The notes: a model not told the origin generated them from the letters alone. A DNA stretch of 64,000 nucleotides from Alphaproteobacteria bacterium (GCA_045597005.1 JAZODJ010000022.1:51379-115378); one strand, 5' to 3'. Shown: positions 39,174 to 50,483, counted from the stretch's first letter. Program-made: numbers and translations.

Positions 39174-40793
39174 ATGATTACAACCATAAAAACCACCCCC
39201 TTTACAGATCAAAAGATGGGAACCGCCGGCTTACGTCGTAAATCAAAAATTGTAATGCAAGAAAATTACGTGGAAAATTTCATCCAAAGTATTTTTAATG
39301 TTATAGATAATCTGTCAGAAAAAACTTTTTTGGTAGGCGGAGATGGACGTTTTTATAATGATATTGCCATACAAAAAATCATCAAAATTGCCGCTGCAAA
39401 TGGAGTCAAAAAACTGTTTATTGCCCAAAACGGCTACATTTCAACTCCGGCCGGTTCTGTCATAATAAGAAAAAACAAACTAAACGGTGGCCTCATTTTG
39501 TCTGCATCTCATAATCCGGGAGGCGAAAATGGTGACTTTGGAATAAAATACTCAAATGAAACAGGCGGACAGGTTCCAAGCTCGGTTAGCGATGCAATAT
39601 ACAAACAAACTATATCTATTAACGAATATAAAATTTGTAATGCGCCTGATTTTGATATATCTCAAATTGGAGAATATGAATATTGCGGAATGCAAATAGA
39701 AGTTATTGATTCCATAAAAGATTATGTTGAGTTGATGCAAACTATTTTTGATTTTAAGGCTATAAAAGATTTATTTGCTTCCGGCTTTACTATGCGCTTT
39801 GACGCAATGAATGCTATCACGGGACCGTATGCCACAGAAATATTTGAAAATATACTTGGTGCCAACAAGGGATCTGTAGTTAATGCCACTCCTAAACCTG
39901 ATTTTGGAGGATTACACCCTGATCCGAATTTGGTTTATGCTAAAGATCTTGTTGATTTTATGTTTTCAGATAAAGCAACAGATTTCGGTGCGGCAAACGA
40001 TGGTGACGGTGACCGTAATATGATCTTAGGAAAGAGCTTTTTTGTTACTCCAAACGATAGTTTGGCAATTATTACCGATAATTTCAATTTGGTTCCATAT
40101 TACAAAAATGGTATTTATGGCGTTGCCAAATCTGCTGCCACTTCAACCGCTGTTGCTCGCGTTGCGAAAAAACACAACATCGCATATTACGAAGTTCCCA
40201 CCGGTTGGAAATATTTTGTAAATCTTATGGATTCCAATCGTATTACTTTCTGTGGTGAAGAAAGCTTCGGAACAGGTTCTTCTCACATACGTGAAAAAGA
40301 TGGTATTTGGGCTGTTCTATTTTGGCTCAATATTTTGGCTGCGACAAGAAAAACCGTTGAGCAAATTACTGTTGAACATTGGAAAAAATATGGTCGCAGT
40401 TACTATATTCGTTTTGATTTTGAAAACATTGACACTTTCGTTGCCGATAACTTAATGAACGATTTGGAAAATAAATTGCCGTCTTTGTCAAATAAACAAT
40501 TCGGTGATTTTACCATAAAGGAAGCCTCTCCGTTCATTTACAATGATCCTGTTGACAATTCAACTACCAAAAACGGATTGGTAATATATTTTGCCGATGG
40601 ATCTCGCATTGTATATCGTTTATCAGGAACAGGTTCATCTGGAGCAACTCTTCGTGTATATCTTGAACGTTTTTCTTCTGATGATATTTTGCAAAATCCT
40701 CTCGAAATGGTATCTCCTTTAGCTAAGATTGCATTAGAAATAGCTGATATAACAGCAAGGACAGGAAAAGTTGAAGCAGATGTTATTACCTAG
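39174..40793 (+). CDS. pgm: Phosphoglucomutase (alpha-D-glucose-phosphate specific)
   Basis: KTTPFTDQKMGTAGLRRK, the phosphoserine loop SASHNPGG, and the Mg site GAANDGDGDRNM. 539 aa. Confidence 0.9.
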   Translation: MITTIKTTPFTDQKMGTAGLRRKSKIVMQENYVENFIQSIFNVIDNLSEKTFLVGGDGRFYNDIAIQKIIKIAAANGVKKLFIAQNGYISTPAGSVIIRKNKLNGGLILSASHNPGGENGDFGIKYSNETGGQVPSSVSDAIYKQTISINEYKICNAPDFDISQIGEYEYCGMQIEVIDSIKDYVELMQTIFDFKAIKDLFASGFTMRFDAMNAITGPYATEIFENILGANKGSVVNATPKPDFGGLHPDPNLVYAKDLVDFMFSDKATDFGAANDGDGDRNMILGKSFFVTPNDSLAIITDNFNLVPYYKNGIYGVAKSAATSTAVARVAKKHNIAYYEVPTGWKYFVNLMDSNRITFCGEESFGTGSSHIREKDGIWAVLFWLNILAATRKTVEQITVEHWKKYGRSYYIRFDFENIDTFVADNLMNDLENKLPSLSNKQFGDFTIKEASPFIYNDPVDNSTTKNGLVIYFADGSRIVYRLSGTGSSGATLRVYLERFSSDDILQNPLEMVSPLAKIALEIADITARTGKVEADVIT

Positions 40794-41901
40794 ATATATC
40801 AAAATATTGTTGATTATCATAACAATCTCTCCGGCTTTTTTTAAATCAGCTGATGCTGGTTTGCACGGTTTTCATCAATATAATCCTTACACCAAAGAAG
40901 AGCGGATACTTGATTTGAGCGTTGTTCCGGATACCATCCACAACTATAGAGCTGATATGCGAAATAATTTATTGATGCTCATTCGTTATGCTAAAGAACA
41001 ACGCCCTGATTTCAAAATAATAGCTCATGAAGGCCAAGACTTATTAACAAAAAGCCTTTGGGAATATGATCGTGAAGGCTATAATCGTGCTCGTTTACAA
41101 GACAATGCTGAAGATGCTTCTTTTCTTTTTCATTCAAACTTTTCCGAAATGGAGCCTGAAAGATATACCCCTGCCTACGACTATCTTAATTCCATTGATG
41201 CCATAGCCATCAACAATCTTTATTGCAAACAAAAAAAATCTAAGGGACGTGAAAATAACGTAACTAAAAATCATAATCTTGGACTAATAACTATTGAACA
41301 TTGCCAATCACAAGAAGATATCGAAGATGCCCGCATAAATTCAATGATTGATCAAAAATCTTCATATTTTTTCACAAACATATCTGATGCTTTTAATAAC
41401 ACTTTCGACCACAACAATATAAATGATTCATCAAAAAATATTTTTAATGTTTCGGATGCCCAAAATATACTTATCATAACTGATGATTCTCGCTACAAAA
41501 ACAAAGAAGACTTCGTAACTGCTTTGCTTAAAACTAATTATGATATAATAATAATGAAACCTCTTTTTGCCAACGCTATTCGTTTTTCCGCTGATGACAT
41601 TCAAAAACTACGTTTCAAAAAAAATGGAACAAAAAGATTATTAATTGCAGAATTTAATGTATCGGAAGCATCTCCAAAAGATTATTATTGGAATCGAGAC
41701 TGGAAAATAGGTAACCCCGAATGGCTTGCTCGTCTGTCATTTTCCAGCAAAGATACAATTATAACCAGATTCTGGTATCCGGAATGGAAACAAATAATGT
41801 CTCGCCACTTTAAAGATATTTTGGAAGAAGGTTTCGATGGAATATTCTTTACGGGTATCGAAAACTATCAATATTTTGAACAACAAACACCTTTAGAGTA
41901 A
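40771..41901 (+). CDS. Secreted hypothetical protein, possibly GH114/endo-alpha-1,4-polygalactosaminidase-like
   Basis: Signal-like N-terminus. The C-terminal region (LIAEFNVSEA...YYWNRDWKIGNPEWL...RFWYPEWKQIM...EGFDGIFFTGIENYQYFE) recalls the GH114/TM1410-like TIM-barrel family. The track start is TTG and overlaps pgm; the true start is uncertain. Confidence 0.4.
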   Translation: MKQMLLPRYIKILLIIITISPAFFKSADAGLHGFHQYNPYTKEERILDLSVVPDTIHNYRADMRNNLLMLIRYAKEQRPDFKIIAHEGQDLLTKSLWEYDREGYNRARLQDNAEDASFLFHSNFSEMEPERYTPAYDYLNSIDAIAINNLYCKQKKSKGRENNVTKNHNLGLITIEHCQSQEDIEDARINSMIDQKSSYFFTNISDAFNNTFDHNNINDSSKNIFNVSDAQNILIITDDSRYKNKEDFVTALLKTNYDIIIMKPLFANAIRFSADDIQKLRFKKNGTKRLLIAEFNVSEASPKDYYWNRDWKIGNPEWLARLSFSSKDTIITRFWYPEWKQIMSRHFKDILEEGFDGIFFTGIENYQYFEQQTPLE

Positions 41902-41908
41902 CAATACT

Positions 41909-42172
41909 ATGAATGAAGCAGAAATTTTTGAAATAACCAAAGACGCAATTTTTACTCTCCTTAAAATTGTCACACCTATTATCGGAACTGCCCTCGCTGT
42001 TGGGTTGATAGTTGGTATTTTCCAAGCTCTCACTCAAATTCAAGAAATGACATTGGCATTCGTTCCTAAAATCATTTGTGTTTTTCTGGCACTTGTTATG
42101 TTATTTCCGTTTATGTACAACCAAATGCAAACCTTATCTGATTCTCTGTTTGCCAAAATTGCCGGTGGCTAA
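41909..42172 (+). CDS. fliQ: Flagellar export apparatus protein FliQ
   Basis: 87 aa with two TM helices, size and context matching fliQ; ALTQIQEMTLAFVPKI is the FliQ signature (xxTQIQExTLxFxPK). Confidence 0.85.
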   Translation: MNEAEIFEITKDAIFTLLKIVTPIIGTALAVGLIVGIFQALTQIQEMTLAFVPKIICVFLALVMLFPFMYNQMQTLSDSLFAKIAGG

Positions 42173-42177
42173 ACAAT

Positions 42178-42933
42178 ATGACAGAATTATTCAACATAAC
42201 CCTTTATAATTACTTAATGATTTTTCTACGTATAGGATCCGTATTTATTTTTATGCCGGGACTTTCGGCTTCATATGTAAATATTCAAACTCGTCTTATA
42301 TTAGCATTGGCAATGACACTCGTGTCAATGCCTATTATTACTCCTATGCTTCCGACAGAACCCAAAGAATTTAGCATTATGCTTCAATATATAATAAACG
42401 AAATAACCACAGGCATATTTTTAAGTATTATATTACAAGTACTATTTTTTGCTCTTAATCTAGCCGGTTCAATTGCTTCTCAGGCTATTGGCTTTTCAAA
42501 TGCACAAATATTTGATCCGGCATTTCAAACACAAACTATGCTTATCGAAACGTTTTTTAGTATTATAGCTATAACTTTTATTTTTATGACCGATATACAT
42601 CATCTTATGTTTGAAGCCATTGTGGATAGCTATTATTTGTTTCGTCCCGGAGAAGGTCTGCCTTGGGGAGATTTTGCCAACCATATGACTGAAACAGTAA
42701 ACAGATCATTTAGTATGGGATTTAAATTAGGATCACCATTTATTGCCTTCACAATAATTTTTTATTCAGGTATAGGTTTAGTTTCACGCCTCATGCCGCA
42801 ACTAAACATATTTTTCTTATCTCTACCCTTGCAAATATACTTAGGACTTGGTGTATTGCTTTTAACTGCACCCATCATCATAGTATTTTTCTTTCGCTAT
42901 TTTGATGACAATATGTATATCTTCACACACTAG
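42178..42933 (+). CDS. fliR: Flagellar export apparatus protein FliR
   Basis: 251 aa polytopic membrane protein directly after fliQ. LRIGSVFIFMPGL and GFKLGSPFIAFTII are typical of FliR. Confidence 0.85.
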   Translation: MTELFNITLYNYLMIFLRIGSVFIFMPGLSASYVNIQTRLILALAMTLVSMPIITPMLPTEPKEFSIMLQYIINEITTGIFLSIILQVLFFALNLAGSIASQAIGFSNAQIFDPAFQTQTMLIETFFSIIAITFIFMTDIHHLMFEAIVDSYYLFRPGEGLPWGDFANHMTETVNRSFSMGFKLGSPFIAFTIIFYSGIGLVSRLMPQLNIFFLSLPLQIYLGLGVLLLTAPIIIVFFFRYFDDNMYIFTH

Positions 42934-42944
42934 AGGAAAAAAAC

Positions 42945-44015
42945 ATGGTAGCACCTGAAGATGATGATGACGCATCAAAAACCGAAGAACCTTCCGAACG
43001 AAAAATATCCAAAGCTAAAGAAGAAGGTGATGTTGCCGTATCCCAAGATGCCAAAAGCTTTATTATGTTACTCGGCTCACTTTTTATCGTATGGCTTTTT
43101 ATTCCCTTAATGTTTAAATGGATGAAAACTATTGGAACATCTTTTGTATCCCGTGCTACAGACACCCATGTTGATGCAGGAAATTTTGTTGTATTGCTAC
43201 AACAAGCAGTCTTTGGCTTCTTTAAACTTATGGGAATCCCTTTTGTCGTATTTGTTATTTTAGGTGTTTTTGCATCCATAAGCCAAACAGGTTTCATATA
43301 TGCACCAAAAAAATTAGAACCGAACTGGAATAAACTAAACATTTTTGCAGCCATTCCCAATTTTATAAATAAACAAAAAATAGTCGAAAGTATAAAAGGC
43401 ATCATAAAAATTTGTGTAGTAAGTATCTTAACATATTTTGTATTAAAACCATACATTCCTCAGACAGAACTTCTCCCAACCATGGATAACTATGCCATAT
43501 TGGATTATATTCATCATATTGTTGTGATACTTTTATTTACTGTCACCATTGCCGTTCTGATTATTGCCGCAGGAGATTATGCTTGGCAAAAATACTCTCA
43601 CTTGGTAAAACTACGAATGACTAAACAAGAGGTAAAAGAAGAATACAAACAGATGGAAGGAGATCCATTAATAAAATCTAAAATTCGCCAAATTCGAATG
43701 GACCGCGCTCGCCAACGCATGATGGAAAATGTCCCCAAGGCCGATGTTGTTATTGTCAACCCGACCCATTATGCTGTAGCATTAGAATATAAAATGAATG
43801 AAATGCCGGCACCTAAAGTAACGGCAAAAGGTGTAGATAACGTTGCTCTTCGCATTAAAGCTCTGGCAGAAGATAATGATATACCGATTGTCGAAAATCC
43901 ACCTTTAGCTCGTGCATTATTCGCGTCAACAGAACTTGACCAAACCATTCCAACCGAACATTTTCAAGCAGTCGCAGAGGTTATTAATTATGTTATGCAA
44001 CTTAAAAACCAATAA
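42945..44015 (+). CDS. flhB: Flagellar export switch protein FlhB
   Basis: N-terminal KTEEPSERKISKAKEEGDVAVSQD, four TM helices, and the autocleavage motif NPTHYAVAL in the C-terminal domain. Confidence 0.9.
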   Translation: MVAPEDDDDASKTEEPSERKISKAKEEGDVAVSQDAKSFIMLLGSLFIVWLFIPLMFKWMKTIGTSFVSRATDTHVDAGNFVVLLQQAVFGFFKLMGIPFVVFVILGVFASISQTGFIYAPKKLEPNWNKLNIFAAIPNFINKQKIVESIKGIIKICVVSILTYFVLKPYIPQTELLPTMDNYAILDYIHHIVVILLFTVTIAVLIIAAGDYAWQKYSHLVKLRMTKQEVKEEYKQMEGDPLIKSKIRQIRMDRARQRMMENVPKADVVIVNPTHYAVALEYKMNEMPAPKVTAKGVDNVALRIKALAEDNDIPIVENPPLARALFASTELDQTIPTEHFQAVAEVINYVMQLKNQ

Positions 44016-46629
44016 CAGACCTGATAAAAAATTACAAAACGCTTTGCTAAAACTGGCATTGGCTTTAATTCTGTTGACATTAAGTCTTATTTGGTTCTTT
44101 TTAGCTCCAAGCCACTTGTTATATACAACCACAACGACATCTCTCATCACCATATATTGTCTTATAACGGCTATAAAAACTCTTACTGCAGGCGAAGCGG
44201 CTATAAGTTATGGTGGTTTCGCTAACGAAATTATACACAATGATTTTAAAATGCGCAGAATCGAAAATCCCTATGGTGAATGTGTTATTGAAAATTCTCC
44301 GGCAAAAGAATTAATAAAAAACACCGATGTGCTATCATTTTTAAATAAATATATTGCCGAAGGGGCAAATAACAAATCAGCCTTGTATAGATTACAAACT
44401 GCCACGCAAAATCTCAGCTCAGAAAAAGTTACTCTGTCATTATTGTTAAAACAAAATAGCACCAGAATTTTTAATGATCTTGAGTATTTTGAAGTATCAA
44501 TACGTCCCATTTACCTAAAAAAACCCAAAATTTTTGATGGAGCATTTTCTGTAAAAAAAATAAAGAAAGAAACATATTTTTATTGGACACTAAACAATAT
44601 CACCTCGAAACAAAATATGGATTATGTTTTCAAAGAAGAATGTTCATCTCTTCATAACTTCTTGGATTATATGCCTGTCGGCCTTTATACAATAGATAAA
44701 GATTATGTAATAAATTACACAAATCATAATATGGCATCTTTTCTAGGGTTAAACCCTCATCAACTATTAGGATCTTCATTACATAGTTTCTTAACATCAG
44801 ACTCAACACTTCCACTAAAAAAAGATTTTTGGCATGGTCCTCTTCACTTTATTAAACATAACGGAGAAGTTACAGAAACGTATGTCTTTCAAAGCTCTTA
44901 TCGTGAAAAAGAAAAAATTATGTTGCGAGGAGTTGTCATACATCAACTCCCAACACCATCTGATCTGCAACAACAAATAAACAAATCATTAGATGACGTT
45001 AATTGGTTATTCAATAACTCACCTATCGGTATTTTATTTGTTAACGAACAAGGAATCATAATAAACAGTAACCCTAAAGCCTCTGATTTATTTAAAATAG
45101 AAACAGATAACAGTAATTTACTCATTAAATTACCACCTGAAGGCGCAAAAGCACTTCAACAAGCATTTCAAAAAGCTAAGCAGTGCCAAAATTCTGTTTC
45201 AATAGAACTAAAAACAAAGGAAACATCTCTCAATATTTATATCAGTGCTCTGCATCATCTTCATCAAAAAAACAGCTCATTAGGAACACAATTTATTATT
45301 TACGCAATTGACGTAACCAAACAAAAAAATCTTGAAGTACAATTTGCCCAAGCTCAAAAGATGCAAGCCGTAGGTCAACTGGCAGGTGGTGTGGCCCACG
45401 ATTTCAACAACCTTTTAACAGCAATGATTGGTTTTACCGATTTATTACTTCAACGACATGGTGTAGGAGATCCATCTTTTGCCGATCTCATCCAAATCAA
45501 ACAAAATGCTAATCGAGCAACATCTTTAGTTCGCCAATTACTTGCTTTTTCACGAAAACAACCATTATTGCCCAAACTCATAGATATTACAGATAACTTT
45601 GCTGATTTAAGCCAAATGTTAAAACGTATTTTAGGCGAAAAAATAAAGTTGACCTTTAATCATGGCAATGATTTAGGATTTGTAAAAGTAGATCCCAACC
45701 AATTTTCACAAGTTATTATTAATTTGGCGGTTAATGCCAAAGATGCAATGAACGGTAACGGCTCCCTTCATATATCGACATCAACATTTCGCTTAAGCGA
45801 AAAATACATCTTCGGTGATGATACTATTATGCCTGGAGATTTTGTTGTAATAGATGTTACTGACACCGGATGCGGAATACCTCCTGAAAACATAAACCGA
45901 ATATTCGACCCATTTTTCTCTACCAAAGAAAATATTGTCGGCTCAGGAACAGGACTCGGTCTTGCCATGGTTTATGGTATTGTTCGTCAAACTGAAGGTT
46001 TTATAAAAGTTGCATCAACTATTGGTAAAGGAACAACTTTTTCTATCTATCTTCCTCGATTCGAAACTGGCCCCGAAGAAGAAAATTCCATATTAGCATC
46101 ACCTATTATAACTGATAGCTCCGGACAAACGATTCTTCAAGTTCAAGAAACTTTATCTGCTCCTGCTAACATTAATCAAAAAATAATTATGGGACTAAAT
46201 ATAACAAATACTATCGACAGAAGCCACACAGCTCCTGCAAAAGGAAGCCGTCCCGCTCGTATTTTGTTCGTTGAAGATGAAGATTCTGTAAGAGCTTTTG
46301 GTGTTCGCGCTCTAAAAAAGAAAGGTTACACCGTAATTGATAGTAACTCTGCGGAGAATGCTTTGGATATACTGGAAAAAGATACCGATTTTGACTTACT
46401 GTTAACAGACATGGTACTTCCGGGAATCAGCGGAGCTCAATTAACAAATAAAGTTAAAGAAAAACTTCCGCAGATATCCGTAATTCTGGCATCCGGTTAT
46501 TCTGAAGATATCGCTCGCAAAGAAGTTGATAATACAAATGAATTTGAATTTATTACCAAACCATATAGTCTGGGAGACTTGACAGCTAAAGTTTTTGATG
46601 TTCTAAATAGGAACCAAGATGGAAAATAA
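43990..46629 (+). CDS. Hybrid sensor histidine kinase/response regulator, CckA-like
   Basis: Two N-terminal TM helices and two PAS-like segments. The H-box QLAGGVAHDFNNLLTAMIGFTDLLL is the CckA-type motif. N and G boxes are present (GTGLGLAMVYGIV). The C-terminal receiver reads ILFVEDEDSVR...LLLTDMVLPGISG...K. Start chosen at ATG 43990, overlapping the flhB end by 26 nt; the track ORF starts at 43912. Confidence 0.65.
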   Translation: MLCNLKTNNRPDKKLQNALLKLALALILLTLSLIWFFLAPSHLLYTTTTTSLITIYCLITAIKTLTAGEAAISYGGFANEIIHNDFKMRRIENPYGECVIENSPAKELIKNTDVLSFLNKYIAEGANNKSALYRLQTATQNLSSEKVTLSLLLKQNSTRIFNDLEYFEVSIRPIYLKKPKIFDGAFSVKKIKKETYFYWTLNNITSKQNMDYVFKEECSSLHNFLDYMPVGLYTIDKDYVINYTNHNMASFLGLNPHQLLGSSLHSFLTSDSTLPLKKDFWHGPLHFIKHNGEVTETYVFQSSYREKEKIMLRGVVIHQLPTPSDLQQQINKSLDDVNWLFNNSPIGILFVNEQGIIINSNPKASDLFKIETDNSNLLIKLPPEGAKALQQAFQKAKQCQNSVSIELKTKETSLNIYISALHHLHQKNSSLGTQFIIYAIDVTKQKNLEVQFAQAQKMQAVGQLAGGVAHDFNNLLTAMIGFTDLLLQRHGVGDPSFADLIQIKQNANRATSLVRQLLAFSRKQPLLPKLIDITDNFADLSQMLKRILGEKIKLTFNHGNDLGFVKVDPNQFSQVIINLAVNAKDAMNGNGSLHISTSTFRLSEKYIFGDDTIMPGDFVVIDVTDTGCGIPPENINRIFDPFFSTKENIVGSGTGLGLAMVYGIVRQTEGFIKVASTIGKGTTFSIYLPRFETGPEEENSILASPIITDSSGQTILQVQETLSAPANINQKIIMGLNITNTIDRSHTAPAKGSRPARILFVEDEDSVRAFGVRALKKKGYTVIDSNSAENALDILEKDTDFDLLLTDMVLPGISGAQLTNKVKEKLPQISVILASGYSEDIARKEVDNTNEFEFITKPYSLGDLTAKVFDVLNRNQDGK

Positions 46630-47347
46630 AAAAAATATAACCCAATTAGCTCTTGATTTTCCCCATCGTCCAAGTCTTGGACGAGAGGATTTTATGGTAG
46701 CCGGATGTAATATAGAAGCTGTATCAACTATTGATTTGTGGCCTTCTTGGCCTTACTTTTCAATATGTATATACGGACCCTCGGGCTGTGGTAAAACTCA
46801 TCTTGCCAATGTCTTTGCCCAAATGGTTGCCTTAAACACACCACATCCTTACAGAATACCTTTTATCAAAGCCAATCAACTATCAAAAGACATAGTTCAC
46901 TCTATTTTCGATATCAGTAAACAAATAGTTATCGAAGATTTACACACACTTAACAATCAAGAAGCATTATTTCATTTATACAATACTTATCGAGATCTCG
47001 GCGGAAATATTTTATTTACTTCAGAAATAGCTCCGGCTCGCATCAATTTTTCATTACCGGATCTTCGTTCTCGTATGAATATTGTCCCGGCCTTAGAAAT
47101 AAAAGCCCCCGATGATGATTTATTGATGGCGCTATTAGTCAAATTATTTATGGATAGACAAATTACCCCGTCTCAAGAGCTTATAAATTACCTTTTAAAA
47201 AATATTCAACGCTCTTTTTCTTACACTCGTAAGGTTGTAGAAGAAATAGATAATATATCACTGGCAAAAAAAAGAGCCATCAGCATAGCTATCGCCAAAG
47301 AAGCTATAGAAACACTTAACTCAGATCTCCAATTCAACCTCTTTTAA
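46619..47347 (+). CDS. hdaA: DnaA-related regulator HdaA (Hda family)
   Basis: N-terminal QLALDFP (a beta-clamp-binding-like motif), an AAA+ core with IYGPSGCGKTHLANVF, and an arginine-finger region LRSRM. Overlaps the kinase stop by 11 nt. Confidence 0.65.
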   Translation: MENKKNITQLALDFPHRPSLGREDFMVAGCNIEAVSTIDLWPSWPYFSICIYGPSGCGKTHLANVFAQMVALNTPHPYRIPFIKANQLSKDIVHSIFDISKQIVIEDLHTLNNQEALFHLYNTYRDLGGNILFTSEIAPARINFSLPDLRSRMNIVPALEIKAPDDDLLMALLVKLFMDRQITPSQELINYLLKNIQRSFSYTRKVVEEIDNISLAKKRAISIAIAKEAIETLNSDLQFNLF

Positions 47348-47415
47348 CATTATACATAAAAAAAAGCCGAAAGTATTAAATATACTCCCGACTTTTACCG
47401 TGAATAAAAAATTTG

Positions 47416-49107
47416 TTATCTACGCCTTAAAAATGACGGTATTTCAAGATTAACCTTATCATCAACATCATCCGCAAAATTAGGAGCCACCGGCTCTTGA
47501 ATTCTTGGAGCTTGTCTCTGTTGATTCTTCTTAGCTATAGATCTTCCTGTCATAATCTCAATAAAACTGCGACGTTTTGGTTCATTATCACTTACAATCA
47601 GTTGTTCAACTTCTTCAACAGGTTTTGAAATTACCGGTGTCGGATTATGATTCGGAAACAACTCTGGTTCTTCTTCCGGCATTTTTAACGCTGTTTTCGG
47701 AACAAAAAATCCTTCTTGAGAATTCAATGCTTCCGCAATTTGTTCAACTTGAGTATCTTTTTTTTCTGCAACAACATCTTCCGTCGTTTTGTTTATAATA
47801 GCCTTAAACAAAGAAGTCGAATTAGGCATATCACCCATAACTTCTGACTTAGCTAAATTATCAAAATCATTAAAAGAAGCTTCTTGTGTAGGCATTACTA
47901 TTTCTGTCTTTTCCATAGGAGTAACAACAGCTGTTTCAACAATTTGTTCAATTTCCTGTTTATCATTTAAGATATCTTGAGACATCTGTTGCAAAACTTC
48001 TTCCATTTTATTTACAACAGGCTCTTCTATCTTTTCATTTTCGACAACTACTTCATATGAAGGTTCAACAGCTACTTCAATTTTTGATGTCTTTGGTTGC
48101 TCGTTTCTTCTAACCGACTCAGAATGCGTACGAATTCTATCATCAATACCTGTAGCAACTATTGATACTCTTATCTTACCATCCAATGTTCCATCAAAAC
48201 TGGATCCGAAAATAATATTGGCATCCTCATCAACTTCTTCTTTAATTCTGTTTACGGCATCATCAACTTCCATCAAAGTAATATCTTGACTTGCGGTAAT
48301 GTTAATCAAAACACCTTTAGCTCCTTTCATTGAGCAATCATCAAGCAAAGGATTCGCCAAAGCCTGTTCGGCAGCCTTAACAGCTCGATCTTCTCCTTCT
48401 GCTTCACCTGTTCCCATAATTGCCTTACCCTTATCTTCCATAATTGCCTTAACATCAGCAAAATCAAGATTAATAAGTCCGGGCATAATCATCAAATCGG
48501 TAATTGAACGAACACCATCATACAAAACATTATCACACATAATAAATGCATCAGACAATTTTGTATTTTTATCAGCAATACGGAACAAATTCTGATTAGG
48601 AATAACGATAATACTATCTACTTCTTTAGTAAAATTTTCTAATGCAAGTTCAGCTGTTTCCGAACGTTTTTTACCTTCAAATTGAAATGGTTTTGTAACG
48701 ACACCGACTGTCAAAATCCCTTTTTTCTTAGCGATTCGAGCTACGACAGGAGCTGCACCGGAACCTGTACCGCCACCCATACCTGCCGTAATAAATACCA
48801 TATTGGCACCTTCCAATTCACGCTCGATATCTTCTAAAGCTTCTTCAGCAGCTAATTTACCAATTTCCGGTCTTGCACCGGCTCCCAATCCTTTAGTTGT
48901 TTCCAAACCCAGCTGAATACGTCTTTGAGTTTTTGAATTTTCCAAAGCCTGAGCATCCGTATTTGCTACGATAAAATCAACACCCTCAAGCTTTTGAGTA
49001 ATCATATTATTAACAGCATTACCGCCACCGCCACCGACACCGATAACTGAAATTCTGGGTTTTAACTGAACCATATTCTTTTCAGGTACTGCTAATTTAA
49101 TGCTCAT
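47416..49107 (-). CDS. ftsZ: Cell division GTPase FtsZ (long alphaproteobacterial linker form)
   Basis: [17 protein letters not shown], the tubulin signature [11 protein letters not shown], and NLDFADV. A long disordered linker ends in the conserved C-terminal peptide [15 protein letters not shown]. The track starts at TTG 49137; ATG 49105-49107 is preferred. Confidence 0.95.
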   Translation of the reverse strand: MSIKLAVPEKNMVQLKPRISVIGVGGGGGNAVNNMITQKLEGVDFIVANTDAQALENSKTQRRIQLGLETTKGLGAGARPEIGKLAAEEALEDIERELEGANMVFITAGMGGGTGSGAAPVVARIAKKKGILTVGVVTKPFQFEGKKRSETAELALENFTKEVDSIIVIPNQNLFRIADKNTKLSDAFIMCDNVLYDGVRSITDLMIMPGLINLDFADVKAIMEDKGKAIMGTGEAEGEDRAVKAAEQALANPLLDDCSMKGAKGVLINITASQDITLMEVDDAVNRIKEEVDEDANIIFGSSFDGTLDGKIRVSIVATGIDDRIRTHSESVRRNEQPKTSKIEVAVEPSYEVVVENEKIEEPVVNKMEEVLQQMSQDILNDKQEIEQIVETAVVTPMEKTEIVMPTQEASFNDFDNLAKSEVMGDMPNSTSLFKAIINKTTEDVVAEKKDTQVEQIAEALNSQEGFFVPKTALKMPEEEPELFPNHNPTPVISKPVEEVEQLIVSDNEPKRRSFIEIMTGRSIAKKNQQRQAPRIQEPVAPNFADDVDDKVNLEIPSFLRRR

Positions 49108-49211
49108 AATATTACTAACTCCTTCAAATTCTGACAAATTAAGCCTTTTGAGAAGAGTATAATATAAATACCTTAAGTTTTAGTTACTATTACAAATTAA
49201 ATTGAAAAAAA

Positions 49212-50471
49212 TTAACCCCATAACGTCTTTAACCACATACCGACATTATCCCAAACACCACCATTGGAATTTAAAGGTCTGTTTACTATTTTTTTAGGAC
49301 GACGCTCACTAAAATTTGCATCAAACAACAACATTCCTATACAAGTCGCAAATGAAGGAGTATATAAACTGTCCGGTAAATTCAAAATATTTTTCGGACG
49401 TCCTAAACGAACCTGCTTATCTAACACCATTGCCGCCACATCAACAACTCCCGGTAACTGAGAAGCTCCTCCGGTCAAAACAACCCTGTGAGAAGAATCG
49501 TTTTCTAGACCTGCCTCTCGCAACTTTCGATTTACCATCTCAAAAGTCTCTTCGATTCGAGGAGTTATAATATCTATTAACTCCGAACGAGGAATTTGCT
49601 TAATACAACTATCATCTTCTTCACCAACCGGATATACATTTATTGTATCTATACTATCCTGTGAAGTCAAAAAAGCACAACCATGTAGTGTTTTTAAACG
49701 TTCTGCATGCGAAAAAGACGTTGTCAAACCGTATGCTATATCATTTGTTACATTATTTCCGCCAACCGGTATTGATGCAAAATAAATAGGATGCCCATTC
49801 CTGAAAGAAGTAACTGACGTCGTACCACCGCCCATATCAATAACAGTAGCACCCATTTCCTTTTCATCATCAACTAAACAAGCCAAACCTGATGCATAGG
49901 AATCAAAAACTCTTCCTGCAATATCCAAATGAGCATTTTCAATAACGGTACTTAAATTTTTACAAATATGGTCAGGAATAAGTCCCAACAAAATATTTAT
50001 AGACAACTCTTCCGCAAACAAATTATGCGGATCTTTCAACAATTCACCTTTATCTAAACGATAACTATTATGTATGCAGTGTATCAAACTATACTCGCCG
50101 ACATTAACTTTAGCTGTTCCTTTTTGATAAACTTTCTCTAAATCAGCATCACTTATAGGTTTATTTTTATTCAACTGTATTGATGCCGTCTTAAGCATAC
50201 TACGTACCTTATCACCGCCGACACTAACTATAACTTTATCAATGCGCTCATTTGCCATTTGTTCGGCATCTTGAACCGCATTACCGACAGCAATTGTTGC
50301 TTGTCCGATATCCGTAACCACACCATTTTTTATTCCTCGTGATGCATTATATCCGTACCCTACAACATTTATTCTTTTGTCTTTTGTAATTTTCGCAATA
50401 ACACAACTTACTTTAGATGATCCAATATCTAAAGCAGCCACCGTCATAGTTTTTCCAAAAGTATGTTGCAA
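49212..50471 (-). CDS. ftsA: Cell division protein FtsA
   Basis: Actin-fold motifs VAALDIGSSKV, VIDMGGGTTSV and VLTGGASQLPG. Located directly upstream of ftsZ. Confidence 0.9.
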   Translation of the reverse strand: MQHTFGKTMTVAALDIGSSKVSCVIAKITKDKRINVVGYGYNASRGIKNGVVTDIGQATIAVGNAVQDAEQMANERIDKVIVSVGGDKVRSMLKTASIQLNKNKPISDADLEKVYQKGTAKVNVGEYSLIHCIHNSYRLDKGELLKDPHNLFAEELSINILLGLIPDHICKNLSTVIENAHLDIAGRVFDSYASGLACLVDDEKEMGATVIDMGGGTTSVTSFRNGHPIYFASIPVGGNNVTNDIAYGLTTSFSHAERLKTLHGCAFLTSQDSIDTINVYPVGEEDDSCIKQIPRSELIDIITPRIEETFEMVNRKLREAGLENDSSHRVVLTGGASQLPGVVDVAAMVLDKQVRLGRPKNILNLPDSLYTPSFATCIGMLLFDANFSERRPKKIVNRPLNSNGGVWDNVGMWLKTLWG

Positions 50472-50483
50472 ACCTAAATACTC

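Noticed and set aside
43912-43989. Upstream extension of the hybrid kinase ORF overlapping flhB by 104 nt
   Set aside because: The extension lies entirely inside the conserved FlhB C-terminal coding region. The internal ATG at 43990 precedes the first TM segment and is the more plausible start.
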